From a virus: a stretch of 64,000 nucleotides of DNA. Positions 55,143 to 63,537 of this stretch are shown piece after piece. How positions within the stretch are numbered: the first letter of the stretch is position 1; each line of letters starts with the position of its first letter. Location: IMG/VR virus record IMGVR_UViG_3300020048_000085; one strand, written 5' to 3'. The position numbers were made by a program, and so were the translations under genes. The notes below the pieces were generated by a model. It did no database searches. It was not told the origin of the DNA and saw only the letters and a list, made by a program, of their open reading frames with translations.

Positions 55143-55381
55143 AAACAATAAAATCAAGATATAGTTTAACAACAATTAATTCTAATAATTTTGGAACGTT
55201 ACAGATAAGTGGAACATCACAATATCCAATGTTAACAACTTTAAGTGGTGGTAACCTTACTCAAGGTTATGTTTTTGTTCCATATATAATATCTAATGTA
55301 TTAGAAGATATAATAATGAAAAGAAAATTATTAAGAGAAGAAAGAATACAGAAACTCAATAAAGTAGCAAAAAATGAATAA
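55139..55381 (+). CDS. Small protein with an RKLLREERIQKLNK tail
   Basis: ORF with an ATGA-type overlap. Confidence 0.4.
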   Translation: MKTIKSRYSLTTINSNNFGTLQISGTSQYPMLTTLSGGNLTQGYVFVPYIISNVLEDIIMKRKLLREERIQKLNKVAKNE

Positions 55382-55595
55382 TTCTAAAATAATAGAAGAA
55401 GAAATTTATAAACGAGCGTTTGTAATATTTGTTACATTTATTTCTGTTGAAACTAATATTAGTTATGAAAAAACACTTGATATGATTAGTTATGATGTTT
55501 TTATTTCTGATACGAATAAAATTTGTAATTTTTTAGAATTAGCTAAAAAACAATTAAGAAAAGAAAAACTCACTAAAATCAATAGATATGTGTGA
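55374..55595 (+). CDS. Small protein with a KKQLRKEKLTKIN tail
   Basis: ORF with the tail motif. Confidence 0.4.
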   Translation: MNNSKIIEEEIYKRAFVIFVTFISVETNISYEKTLDMISYDVFISDTNKICNFLELAKKQLRKEKLTKINRYV

Positions 55596-55866
55596 ATTTA
55601 AAATTGGAGATGATGTGATATTTTTTGATAATGATGATCATGATTATGACAATATTTTAATTGTTGGACAAGCATATAAAATAACTCGTGTTTATAGTGG
55701 AAAAATAACAAAAATACAACATATTACTGTCGAAACTCAACTAATATATCCAAAATATACTAGTGGATTTTCAAGTAGATTTTTATCTAAAAAAGATTAC
55801 AATATAAAACAACGAGCACAGAAACTCAATAAACTCACATCAAATGAACAAGTTCAAAAAATATGA
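55588..55866 (+). CDS. Small protein (FKIGDDVIFF ... KKDYNIKQRAQKLNK)
   Basis: It is paralogous to the next gene. Confidence 0.4.
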   Translation: MCEFKIGDDVIFFDNDDHDYDNILIVGQAYKITRVYSGKITKIQHITVETQLIYPKYTSGFSSRFLSKKDYNIKQRAQKLNKLTSNEQVQKI

Positions 55867-56083
55867 ACATGTAGTTTGTATTGAAAATATGTTTTTCAGT
55901 TATAGCTTATGTATAGGTAAAGTATATGTTGTTGTTAAAATCTTATTACCAGATTTTATGATAGTTGAAGATATTAATAAAACTATTGTAACCGTTTCTG
56001 TTCCAATCGAATACTTTATGAGTCAAAAAGATTTCAACATAAAACAAAGAAAAGAAAAACTAATTAAAATAAATTTATTATAA
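55844..56083 (+). CDS. Paralog of 55588..55866 (... QKDFNIKQRKEKLIKIN)
   Basis: Shared tail and an overlapping start. Confidence 0.4.
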   Translation: MNKFKKYEHVVCIENMFFSYSLCIGKVYVVVKILLPDFMIVEDINKTIVTVSVPIEYFMSQKDFNIKQRKEKLIKINLL

Positions 56084-56087
56084 TAAT

Positions 56088-56402
56088 ATGACAAAGATAT
56101 ATTTTAAAGGTGGAAGTGGAATTGAAAATCCAGTTGATTTTTATGGTAATAAAATTAAAGAAGGAGATATATTAACATTTGATTGGTTTATAAAAGATGA
56201 AAATTATTATGAACACTTTCATGAACATTATCCTCAATTATCAGATGAAGAAATAGAAAAAAGAGTTCATGAACCTAGAGTTATAGTAAAATGGAACGAA
56301 AATGGATACTTCTATGGCGAAGGTTTTGATGACAATGAAAGACATAGACTATATATGCATGACTTTTGTTTTAAACACACAAAAAAAATAAATAATAAAT
56401 AA
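56088..56402 (+). CDS. Hypothetical protein (104 aa)
   Basis: ORF whose stop lies inside an AAT microsatellite. Confidence 0.4.
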   Translation: MTKIYFKGGSGIENPVDFYGNKIKEGDILTFDWFIKDENYYEHFHEHYPQLSDEEIEKRVHEPRVIVKWNENGYFYGEGFDDNERHRLYMHDFCFKHTKKINNK

Positions 56403-56431
56403 TAATAATAATAATAATAATAAATAATAAA
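56389..56431. repeat. (AAT)n microsatellite spanning a stop codon and the following intergenic spacer
   Basis: taaataataaataataataataataataataaataataa with about 7 perfect AAT units. The next ATG is at 56437. Confidence 0.7.
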
Positions 56432-56436
56432 AACAT

Positions 56437-56673
56437 ATGAAGATTTTAAGAAAAAATGACATTTTTAAAAAAGTACCTGATAGTAGTATTGTTGATGCTG
56501 TCGCAATTAAAGGTTTTATTGAACAAGGTTGGAAATATTGCTCAAGAAAAGAATATAAAGAATTTTTCGGTGGTGTAAAAGATTTACAACAAAAAGATTT
56601 AAAATCTGAAAATATTAAACCAGAAGATAATATTCAACCAACAAAAAAGAAAAAACACGGTAAAAATAAATGA
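56437..56673 (+). CDS. Hypothetical small basic protein (78 aa)
   Basis: ORF with an ATGA overlap with def. Confidence 0.4.
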   Translation: MKILRKNDIFKKVPDSSIVDAVAIKGFIEQGWKYCSRKEYKEFFGGVKDLQQKDLKSENIKPEDNIQPTKKKKHGKNK

Positions 56674-57107
56674 TTTTAGATATAATTAAGTATACTGATA
56701 CATATTATGGAAAATTGAGAAAACCTAATGTTGATGTTAAAAAAGAAAATCCTTTTTTAAATCAATTAATTAAAGATATGTTTGAAACTCTTAATTATTA
56801 TAAATTTGAATTTGGATTATCTGCACCACAAGTTGGACACAATTTAAATTTATTTGTTATCAATACTCCTGATTTAAAAGAAGTTTTTATTAATCCAGAA
56901 ATACATCTTGAAGGCTTAATTATACAAAATAAAGAAGAATGCCTGAGTTTTCCTGGTATGCAATTTGCAGCAAATAGAAGAAGTAATATCGAAATTAAAT
57001 ATTATGATAGTGATTGGAATCTTAGAATATGTAAATATAAAGATTTAAATTCAATCGCAATACAACATGAATATGATCACTTAAAAGGTAGATTAATAAT
57101 TGACTAA
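56670..57107 (+). CDS. def: Peptide deformylase
   Basis: All three PDF motifs are present: GLSAPQVG (GxGxAAxQ-like), EECLSFPG (EGCLS) and IQHEYDHLKG (QHExDH). Confidence 0.85.
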   Translation: MILDIIKYTDTYYGKLRKPNVDVKKENPFLNQLIKDMFETLNYYKFEFGLSAPQVGHNLNLFVINTPDLKEVFINPEIHLEGLIIQNKEECLSFPGMQFAANRRSNIEIKYYDSDWNLRICKYKDLNSIAIQHEYDHLKGRLIID

Positions 57108-57124
57108 AAAATAATGAATAATGA

Positions 57125-57382
57125 ATGTTAGGTAAAGAATTATTGGATAGTATCTTAGATAATTATCCAGATGAAGAAATTTTATCCGCTGATGGTTTAG
57201 ACGATGCTATAATTGGACTTGAAATGAATTCAATGAAATTGATATACTCAGTTTCAAAATGTCTTGAAAAATTTGTAGAAGATGGTATGACAGAAGATGA
57301 AGCAATTGAATATTTTGAATATAATGTTTTTTGTGCATATGTTGGTGATCACACACCAATATGGTGCTATGATGATTTTTAA
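57125..57382 (+). CDS. Hypothetical acidic small protein (85 aa)
   Basis: ORF only. Confidence 0.4.
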   Translation: MLGKELLDSILDNYPDEEILSADGLDDAIIGLEMNSMKLIYSVSKCLEKFVEDGMTEDEAIEYFEYNVFCAYVGDHTPIWCYDDF

Positions 57383-57396
57383 AAATAATAACTAAT

Positions 57397-57729
57397 ATGA
57401 AAAAATTTTTAGATAATGAATATAGAAAATTTATTTGGAATAGATCTAAAAAATTAATTGATAAAATATCAACAGTCATTGATATTGATAGAGTTATTGT
57501 TCTTGGTAGTTTCACCACAAAGAAAGATAGACCAGCAGACGTTGATTTTATTATTATGATTAAAACGAAGGATAATGACGATGGTTGGTCAACAGATATT
57601 CAATTTGTACCGTCTACAAAATTTGGGCAAGATATCATCATTGATGCTGAAAATTGGATGAAAGAGAAATATGGTAAGGATAATTATCAAACATTTGATT
57701 TTAGTATTGAAGAATTTAAATCTGATTAA
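57397..57729 (+). CDS. Minimal nucleotidyltransferase (Pol-beta superfamily, MNT-like)
   Basis: RVIVLGSFTTKKDRPADVDFIIM matches the G-S-x(9-13)-D-x-D NTase signature. The size is about 110 aa. Confidence 0.5.
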   Translation: MKKFLDNEYRKFIWNRSKKLIDKISTVIDIDRVIVLGSFTTKKDRPADVDFIIMIKTKDNDDGWSTDIQFVPSTKFGQDIIIDAENWMKEKYGKDNYQTFDFSIEEFKSD

Positions 57730-57755
57730 TAATATAATATAATATAATATAATAT
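57730..57755. repeat. (AATAT)5 pentanucleotide repeat filling the intergenic spacer and ending in the ATG of the next gene
   Basis: aatataatataatataatataatATG, lying between the stop at 57729 and the start at 57754. Confidence 0.7.
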
Positions 57756-57960
57756 GATAGAAGATAAAAATGAAGTAGAACAAATATATTTTAATTGGGT
57801 TAAAGAATCTGGAATTAGTAATTTGACTGGAAATCAAGTTAAAGTAATAAAAACACTAATTGAGAATAGAAAAGAATTAATAAATATTGGTGGCTTTTTT
57901 GGTGTAACTAAAAGTATTATTAAATATTTAAAGAATAATCGTGAAAAAATAAAATATTAA
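57754..57960 (+). CDS. Hypothetical small protein (68 aa), possibly DNA-binding
   Basis: ORF only; a helix-turn-helix-like segment cannot be confirmed. Confidence 0.35.
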   Translation: MIEDKNEVEQIYFNWVKESGISNLTGNQVKVIKTLIENRKELINIGGFFGVTKSIIKYLKNNREKIKY

Positions 57961-57967
57961 AAAAATT

Positions 57968-58822
57968 ATGAGTTTAAAAGCATATGATGGTATGATGACT
58001 AGAAATGGTTTAGCATATATACAAGAAGAAATATTAAAAAGATTTGATAGGTTTGAATTAGCATCACAAAACGCATTAGCTAAAACATACGCTAATATGA
58101 TTGTTTCTCATATTGATAAAAAATATGACATAATTGAACAAATATCATTTATGGCAATAAATGAAAGTCAATCAGTAAAATATGAAATTAAAAATATTGA
58201 AATAAAAGACACAACAACATTAATATCATATTTATTTAAAGCAGGAAATATTTTATCAAAAGGACAATATCAAAATGATTTTATGGTAGATTTAAAATTA
58301 TATATTGATTGTATAGATGATAAAATATTAATAAATCCAGGTATTAATGTACAAGAACACAAAAAAATATTATTAGAGTTTCTTACTGATTGGTATTGCC
58401 AAAATCAGTCTGATACTGTCGAAGATGTACCAGAGGATGAATGGAACGAAAGAACAAAAGATTGGTATGCGTTTAATGAGCATAAAGGACTTTCAATGAA
58501 TATTATGATATATGATCCTAAACACTATTGGAATAATTTTAATGAATTTTTTAGAGGAGATATTTTATTTCAGAAAATATTTGAAAATATTCCATCAGAT
58601 GAAAAAAGAAAACGAAAAATTGCAACTAACCTTTTAATTGAGGAAAAATCTAAACAATCAAAAGAAGAAGATTCATATTCAAGAGTATGGAATATAATGA
58701 ACGAATTATCAAAAGATGGTAACACAGAAATAGATGATTATATTAGTTCACATGACATAGAGTTAGTTAAAATAGATTATAATTTTTTAGAAACACAATT
58801 ATTAAAAAACACATCAATTTAA
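57968..58822 (+). CDS. Hypothetical protein (284 aa)
   Basis: ORF followed by a hairpin terminator. Confidence 0.45.
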   Translation: MSLKAYDGMMTRNGLAYIQEEILKRFDRFELASQNALAKTYANMIVSHIDKKYDIIEQISFMAINESQSVKYEIKNIEIKDTTTLISYLFKAGNILSKGQYQNDFMVDLKLYIDCIDDKILINPGINVQEHKKILLEFLTDWYCQNQSDTVEDVPEDEWNERTKDWYAFNEHKGLSMNIMIYDPKHYWNNFNEFFRGDILFQKIFENIPSDEKRKRKIATNLLIEEKSKQSKEEDSYSRVWNIMNELSKDGNTEIDDYISSHDIELVKIDYNFLETQLLKNTSI

Positions 58823-58838
58823 GATGTGTTTTTTATTT
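58806..58838 (+). terminator. Intrinsic terminator overlapping the stop of 57968..58822
   Basis: Stem aacacatc / gatgtgtt with loop aatttaa and a T-run. Confidence 0.55.
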
Positions 58839-58988
58839 TTATATATACATAAAATATAATAACGTAGATGGAAATTTATAATTTTAAAGAATATAACGAA
58901 TATGTTCCAAATGAATTTTATATAACCAACACAGAATATAGAGATATATTAAAATATATGGAAAATTCAGAATTATATAAATTGAATA

Positions 58989-59816
58989 TTGATGCTAATA
59001 AATTTAACTTATAATATGAATAAAAAAATTAAAAATTGGATTTCTTTCATTTTAGAACAACAAAATAATAGTATTAATTTTTCAATATTTGATTGGGATG
59101 ATAATATTTTAATTATGAACACACCTTTGCATTTACAACATTTTGAAAATGGTAGATGGATAAATAAAGATGTATCAATTCAAGAGTTTTCCAATATTCG
59201 TTTAAAATATCCAGATAATTATGTTGATAATTCAGAATGGAAAGCTGATAAAAATTCTTTCATTGAGTTTACTGATTGTGGAACAAGAGTAGAAAATGTT
59301 TTTTTAGATGATGTAAAGGTTGCAATAAAAAATAAAGAATTTGGTCCATCTTGGACAGAATTTATTGACACTTTAAAAAATGGTAACTTATTTGCAATAA
59401 TAACAATTAGAGGACATGAATCAAATTCAATAAGAAAAGCAATTAGACATATTATTGACTATGTTTTAGAACCTAATATAAAAGAACAATTAATTGAAAA
59501 TATTCAAAGATATAATAATCTATTTAAAAACAAATCAATTGATTTAATTGAACAATATTTAGATTGTTGTTATTTTATCGGATTGATGTCACAAGAATTT
59601 AAAGATGAATATAGTTATTCTCCTGTTGGAAATAAACTAAATGAAGGTAGACAAGACGCAATTAATAAATTTAGTAACTATGTTAAATCTATTTATCCAA
59701 ATGCTACAAAAGAAGTATTTGTGAACATGGAGAAATCATTGAATTTTCCTGAAATACAATACACTAGAAGTACTTCTGATAATAAGATTCCTATCGGAGT
59801 AAGAGTAAAAATATAA
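58989..59816 (+). CDS. Hypothetical protein (275 aa), weak HAD-phosphatase-like N-terminal motif
   Basis: SIFDWDDNIL resembles HAD motif I (hhhDxDx[TV]L), but with N in place of T/V. A later IITIRGHE segment follows. The assignment is weak. Confidence 0.35.
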   Translation: MMLINLTYNMNKKIKNWISFILEQQNNSINFSIFDWDDNILIMNTPLHLQHFENGRWINKDVSIQEFSNIRLKYPDNYVDNSEWKADKNSFIEFTDCGTRVENVFLDDVKVAIKNKEFGPSWTEFIDTLKNGNLFAIITIRGHESNSIRKAIRHIIDYVLEPNIKEQLIENIQRYNNLFKNKSIDLIEQYLDCCYFIGLMSQEFKDEYSYSPVGNKLNEGRQDAINKFSNYVKSIYPNATKEVFVNMEKSLNFPEIQYTRSTSDNKIPIGVRVKI

Positions 59817-59837
59817 AAATATAATTTTAAAAATATA

Positions 59838-59872
59838 TCTTGAATAATTTGGTTTATTCAAGATTTTTTTTT
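59838..59872 (+). terminator. Intrinsic terminator hairpin plus T9; the second copy of the terminator-promoter cassette
   Basis: tcttgaataa - tttggt - ttattcaaga is a perfect 10-bp stem, followed by TTTTTTTTT. Confidence 0.65.
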
Positions 59873-59879
59873 ATCTTTG
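59872..59879 (+). promoter_or_regulatory. TATCTTTG -7-like promoter element with TTTG 20 nt upstream, driving ligA
   Basis: TATCTTTGT lies about 40 nt upstream of the ATG at 59916. It is embedded in the repeated cassette. Confidence 0.4.
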
Positions 59880-59915
59880 TTTTTCAAAATATAAACAATA
59901 AAAATAATAATTATT

Positions 59916-61787
59916 ATGAGTGTGTCAGAAATATATAAATTACTAGAAAACGATTTGTTTTCAGAAGCTTCTATTGAAATTAAGAAACTAAATCAGAAAT
60001 ATCGTGATGGTGATCCTCAAATTAGTGATATAGATTATGATAAATTGATTGAATTGTTTCAAAGATTAGATCCAGATAATGAATTTTTTAAATCATCTGT
60101 TGTTGATGATGTTAATCCTGATAGAAAAGAAGCTTTGAAATTTCCAATGTTCTCTTTGGATAAATATCATTCTATTGAAGATATTCATAAGTGGTTAAAT
60201 AATAAAGGAATATCACTAGATGTAGAATTAGTTTGTACATCAAAGTATGATGGTATATCTATTCTTAAAGATGAATTTAATCAACTTGCATGGTCAAGAG
60301 GTGATGGTTTAGTAGGTGAGACTATGCATGAACATTGTAAAAAATTAAAATCTGATAATAAGAAAATCGATTTATTTACTATTGGAGAGATGCTTTTTTC
60401 AAAACCTTTTTTTAATAGTAAAATATTTTATAGAGATAATGGTGAACCATTTAAAAATGCTCGTAATATGATTGCAGGACTTAAAAATTCTGATACAGTA
60501 TCAGAATATTTAGTTGATGCTAAACATATTCGTTATGGATATGCTAATGAAGATTTTTCATTGAATAAATCTGAACAATTAGATTTTATTAATGAAAATT
60601 TCTCTACTGTACCATACAAAATAATTAAAGCAAAAGAATTGAATATTGATATGTTAAATGAGCTTTTTGTTAAGTGGGGCGAAGAGTATGATATTGATGG
60701 ATTAGTCTTTGATATTGATGATAAAAATATCAGAAAAAATCTAGGTCGTGAAAGGAACAACAATCCAGCATATGCCAGAGCGTTTAAAAATCCTCAATGG
60801 TCAGAAGCAAAAGAAACTATAATTCTTGATATAGAATGGAATATCAGTAAGAACGGATTACTTAAGCCAGTTGGAATATTACAACCTATTGATTTAGAAG
60901 GTGTTATAGTTTCAAGGGTGACATTGAACAATGCGAAGTTCGTCAAGGACTTCTGCATTGGAAAGAACACAATTTTGAAAATTTTGAGATCTGGTTTTGT
61001 CATACCAAAAGTGCAGAGTATTATAAAATCTACTGGATATGTTGAACCTGTTGTTGGAAACTCAAAAGTTTTCTGGAACGAAAATGGTGTAGAATTGATG
61101 GTTGAAGGTACGGAAGAACAGGAAATCAAAAAACTCATTTCTTTTTTTGAAATTCTTGGTGCAGAAAACGTGTCAGAAGGTATTATTAATCAATTGTATA
61201 ATTCTGGTTATAAAACTATTAAACAAATTTTAGATTTGACAACTGATGATTTAGAAAAACTTGAACGCTTTGGTGAACGGAAATCACAAATCGTTTTTCA
61301 ATCCATACATAATGCGGTTACAGACTTAAAATTATCTAAACTTATGCATGCAACAAATATTTTTAAAAATCTAGGATCGAAGAAACTTGATTTGTTGATG
61401 CATTTTGAAGGTAAACCAACATTTGAAGAAATACTTAAAGTCGATGGGTTTTCTGATATCTCAGCAAAAGCATATCTTGATGGATATGATGAATTTTATA
61501 ATTGGTTAAGTGATATGACAAAAATAACTATAGAAACTAAAAAAGAAAAAAACATTATGGAAAAAAATGATTTAGAAGGAACAGTATGGGTGTTTACTGG
61601 AATTCGATTAAAAACTGCTGAAGAATTGTTAATTGATAGAGGTGCAAAAATTACAACCTCTGTAAGTAAGAATACCACTCACTTGGTGTGTAAAGATCCA
61701 AATAGCGGATCAAGTAAATTGCTGAAAGCTATTGAGTTAGGTGTAGAAATTATGAGTGTAGAAGACTTTGAAGATTTTTTAAGTTGA
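59916..61787 (+). CDS. ligA: NAD-dependent DNA ligase (LigA type) with a C-terminal BRCT domain; no tetracysteine zinc-finger module is visible
   Basis: N-terminal Ia-like helical domain. Adenylation motif I TSKYDGISI (KxDG). OB and HhH regions. A C-terminal BRCT (WVFTGIRLKTAEELLIDRGAKITTSVSKNTTHLV). No Cys4 cluster lies between the OB and HhH regions. Confidence 0.88.
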   Translation: MSVSEIYKLLENDLFSEASIEIKKLNQKYRDGDPQISDIDYDKLIELFQRLDPDNEFFKSSVVDDVNPDRKEALKFPMFSLDKYHSIEDIHKWLNNKGISLDVELVCTSKYDGISILKDEFNQLAWSRGDGLVGETMHEHCKKLKSDNKKIDLFTIGEMLFSKPFFNSKIFYRDNGEPFKNARNMIAGLKNSDTVSEYLVDAKHIRYGYANEDFSLNKSEQLDFINENFSTVPYKIIKAKELNIDMLNELFVKWGEEYDIDGLVFDIDDKNIRKNLGRERNNNPAYARAFKNPQWSEAKETIILDIEWNISKNGLLKPVGILQPIDLEGVIVSRVTLNNAKFVKDFCIGKNTILKILRSGFVIPKVQSIIKSTGYVEPVVGNSKVFWNENGVELMVEGTEEQEIKKLISFFEILGAENVSEGIINQLYNSGYKTIKQILDLTTDDLEKLERFGERKSQIVFQSIHNAVTDLKLSKLMHATNIFKNLGSKKLDLLMHFEGKPTFEEILKVDGFSDISAKAYLDGYDEFYNWLSDMTKITIETKKEKNIMEKNDLEGTVWVFTGIRLKTAEELLIDRGAKITTSVSKNTTHLVCKDPNSGSSKLLKAIELGVEIMSVEDFEDFLS

Positions 61788-61794
61788 TGAATTA

Positions 61795-61828
61795 AAAAAC
61801 GTGGTGTATTATGCACCACGTTTTTTAT
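61795..61828. terminator. Bidirectional intrinsic terminator between ligA and the convergent GIY-YIG gene
   Basis: Stem aacgtggtg / caccacgtt followed by T6. Confidence 0.6.
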
Positions 61829-63020
61829 ATTTTGGAAAAAATTCATCTAACCAACCATTAATAGAAGAATAATTATATGCACTCCAAACACTTTTTCGAA
61901 ACTCACATCTAGAATTATATTTTTTAGATTCTTTTTCACACAATTCTTTATTATTCCAATATCTAAATATTGTTTTTGTTCTTATTGGATCAAGTAAATG
62001 TTGCCAATCTTTTTTTAGAATTGTAGTATATGCTCCTCCTGAATATTTAATAAAATCTGATAATTTTTCATATTTTTCGACTTCAATTTTACAAGATTCT
62101 ATTGTCCATTTTAAATCATGTGAACCAATTCCACCAGTTTTAACTTCATTTAATAATATCCATCCATTATTTTTATAATCATTAAGAGTTTCACCTTCTA
62201 ATAAAATTGCCAAATCAACATCTATGTAATCTGATTTTATTTTCAAAATAGGTTTCAGATTTGTTTCGTTCATATATTTTTTTACTGAACTTTTATCTTT
62301 TCCTATAATGTGCTGATTATTTCTTCTTTTTATATTTCCAGTTAACCCTACATAACAATGATTATCAGAAAATTCATAAGTATATATTAAACGTTTATAT
62401 TTATTTCCAATTTTCTTCAAATGTGATAATAATTCTAACCAATTTTCTTTATAAATTTTATTGTGTGCTGATACATATTTACTTTTCAACTCCTTTTTTG
62501 TCTCACATTTTAATGCAACTTCTTTACATTTTTCATAAGTCCAATAATTGTTACATTTTACTATCTTCATAGTTTTTGGCATCAATTCACTCCAATTATT
62601 TTTTAATATTTTTTCATATGCTGAACTACACTTACACTTTAATTCTGTGTTAGTTTTACAACTAGATGATATTTCTTTACACTTTTCATATGTCCAATAA
62701 TTTTTAGGTTTTTTATTTTCAAAAAAGTGTGAAAACAATTCTATCCAATTATTTTTCAAAATATTTCTATATGCGGAGCCATACAATAACATAAATTTGG
62801 TTATGCTCTCACATTCTAAAGCGGCATATTTACAATTTTCGTAATCCCAATATCCTTTTGGTTTTTTTCTCGCTATAATATGTGATATTAATTCATTCCA
62901 TTCATTCTTATTAATTGTATAATATGCGGTATAATATTTATTTTTTAATTCATTTTTGCTGGTGCATTACAACGCAGCTTCTTTACATTTCTCATATGTC
63001 CAATAATTTTTAGGTTTCAT
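61809..63020 (-). pseudogene. GIY-YIG endonuclease with tandem YEKCKE..LKC..ELK repeats, interrupted by a single in-frame TAA (plus-strand 62967..62969); the intact ORF is 61809..62792
   Basis: GIY-YIG core LIYTYEFSDNHCYVGLTGNIKRRNNQH. Reading the minus strand from the ATG at 63020 gives MKPKNYWTYEKCKEAAL, then a stop, then CTSKNELKNKYY...; this is in frame with and continuous into the 61809..62792 ORF. The repeat consensus shows a Lys codon at the stop position (AAA changed to TAA). Confidence 0.45.
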
Positions 63021-63023
63021 ATT

Positions 63024-63182
63024 TTACAATTTTATTTTTTTAATTCTATCATCTGCATATTTTTCATTTAAGTCATTATATATCAGCCATTCAATATATT
63101 TTGATTTATTTGAAATTAATTCTATCATTAAGTTATCTAATTCTTTGTTTATAGATATTCTAATATTTGATTTTTTTACCAT
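63024..63182 (-). CDS. Small ribbon-helix-helix protein immediately upstream of the GIY-YIG gene (paralog of 20325..20498)
   Basis: MVKKSNIRISINKELDNLMIELISNKSKYIEWLIYNDL...KIKL. Its stop lies 3 nt before the GIY-YIG start. It is 52 aa and so absent from the ORF track. Confidence 0.35.
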   Translation of the reverse strand: MVKKSNIRISINKELDNLMIELISNKSKYIEWLIYNDLNEKYADDRIKKIKL

Positions 63183-63289
63183 TACCTTTTTTATTGTATA
63201 TATAAATATATAAAAGTTATAAAGTGATTTTTTGGTGATTTTTTATAAACTTTTTTAAAATAAATTTATAATATAAATAAAAATATTAT

Positions 63290-63481
63290 ATGTCAAGACA
63301 TAAACTATCAGATGAAAACAAAAAGCCTAAAATAAGCATAACATTAAATAAAGATTTGGATATTATTTTACAGAATTATATAAAAAATAATGATTTAAAC
63401 CGTTCAAAATATATTGAAAATCTCATAAAGAGTGATATGGAAAAAAGAGGATATAAAATAAAAGAAGATTTTGAGAAATAA
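63290..63481 (+). CDS. Small ribbon-helix-helix (CopG-like) protein, divergent partner of 63024..63182 (paralog of 20625..20789)
   Basis: KISITLNKDLDIILQNYIKNNDLNRSKYIENLI aligns with KVGITIHPDLSKILDEYSKENKITKSKVIQNIM. Confidence 0.4.
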   Translation: MSRHKLSDENKKPKISITLNKDLDIILQNYIKNNDLNRSKYIENLIKSDMEKRGYKIKEDFEK

Positions 63482-63506
63482 GTTTGGTAGATTAAAATAA
63501 TTTTAT

Positions 63507-63514
63507 TATCTTTG
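63507..63514 (+). promoter_or_regulatory. TATCTTTG -7-like promoter element
   Basis: TATCTTTGT lies 22 nt upstream of the ATG at 63538. Confidence 0.35.
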
Positions 63515-63537
63515 TTATACAAAAATAAAGCACAAAT

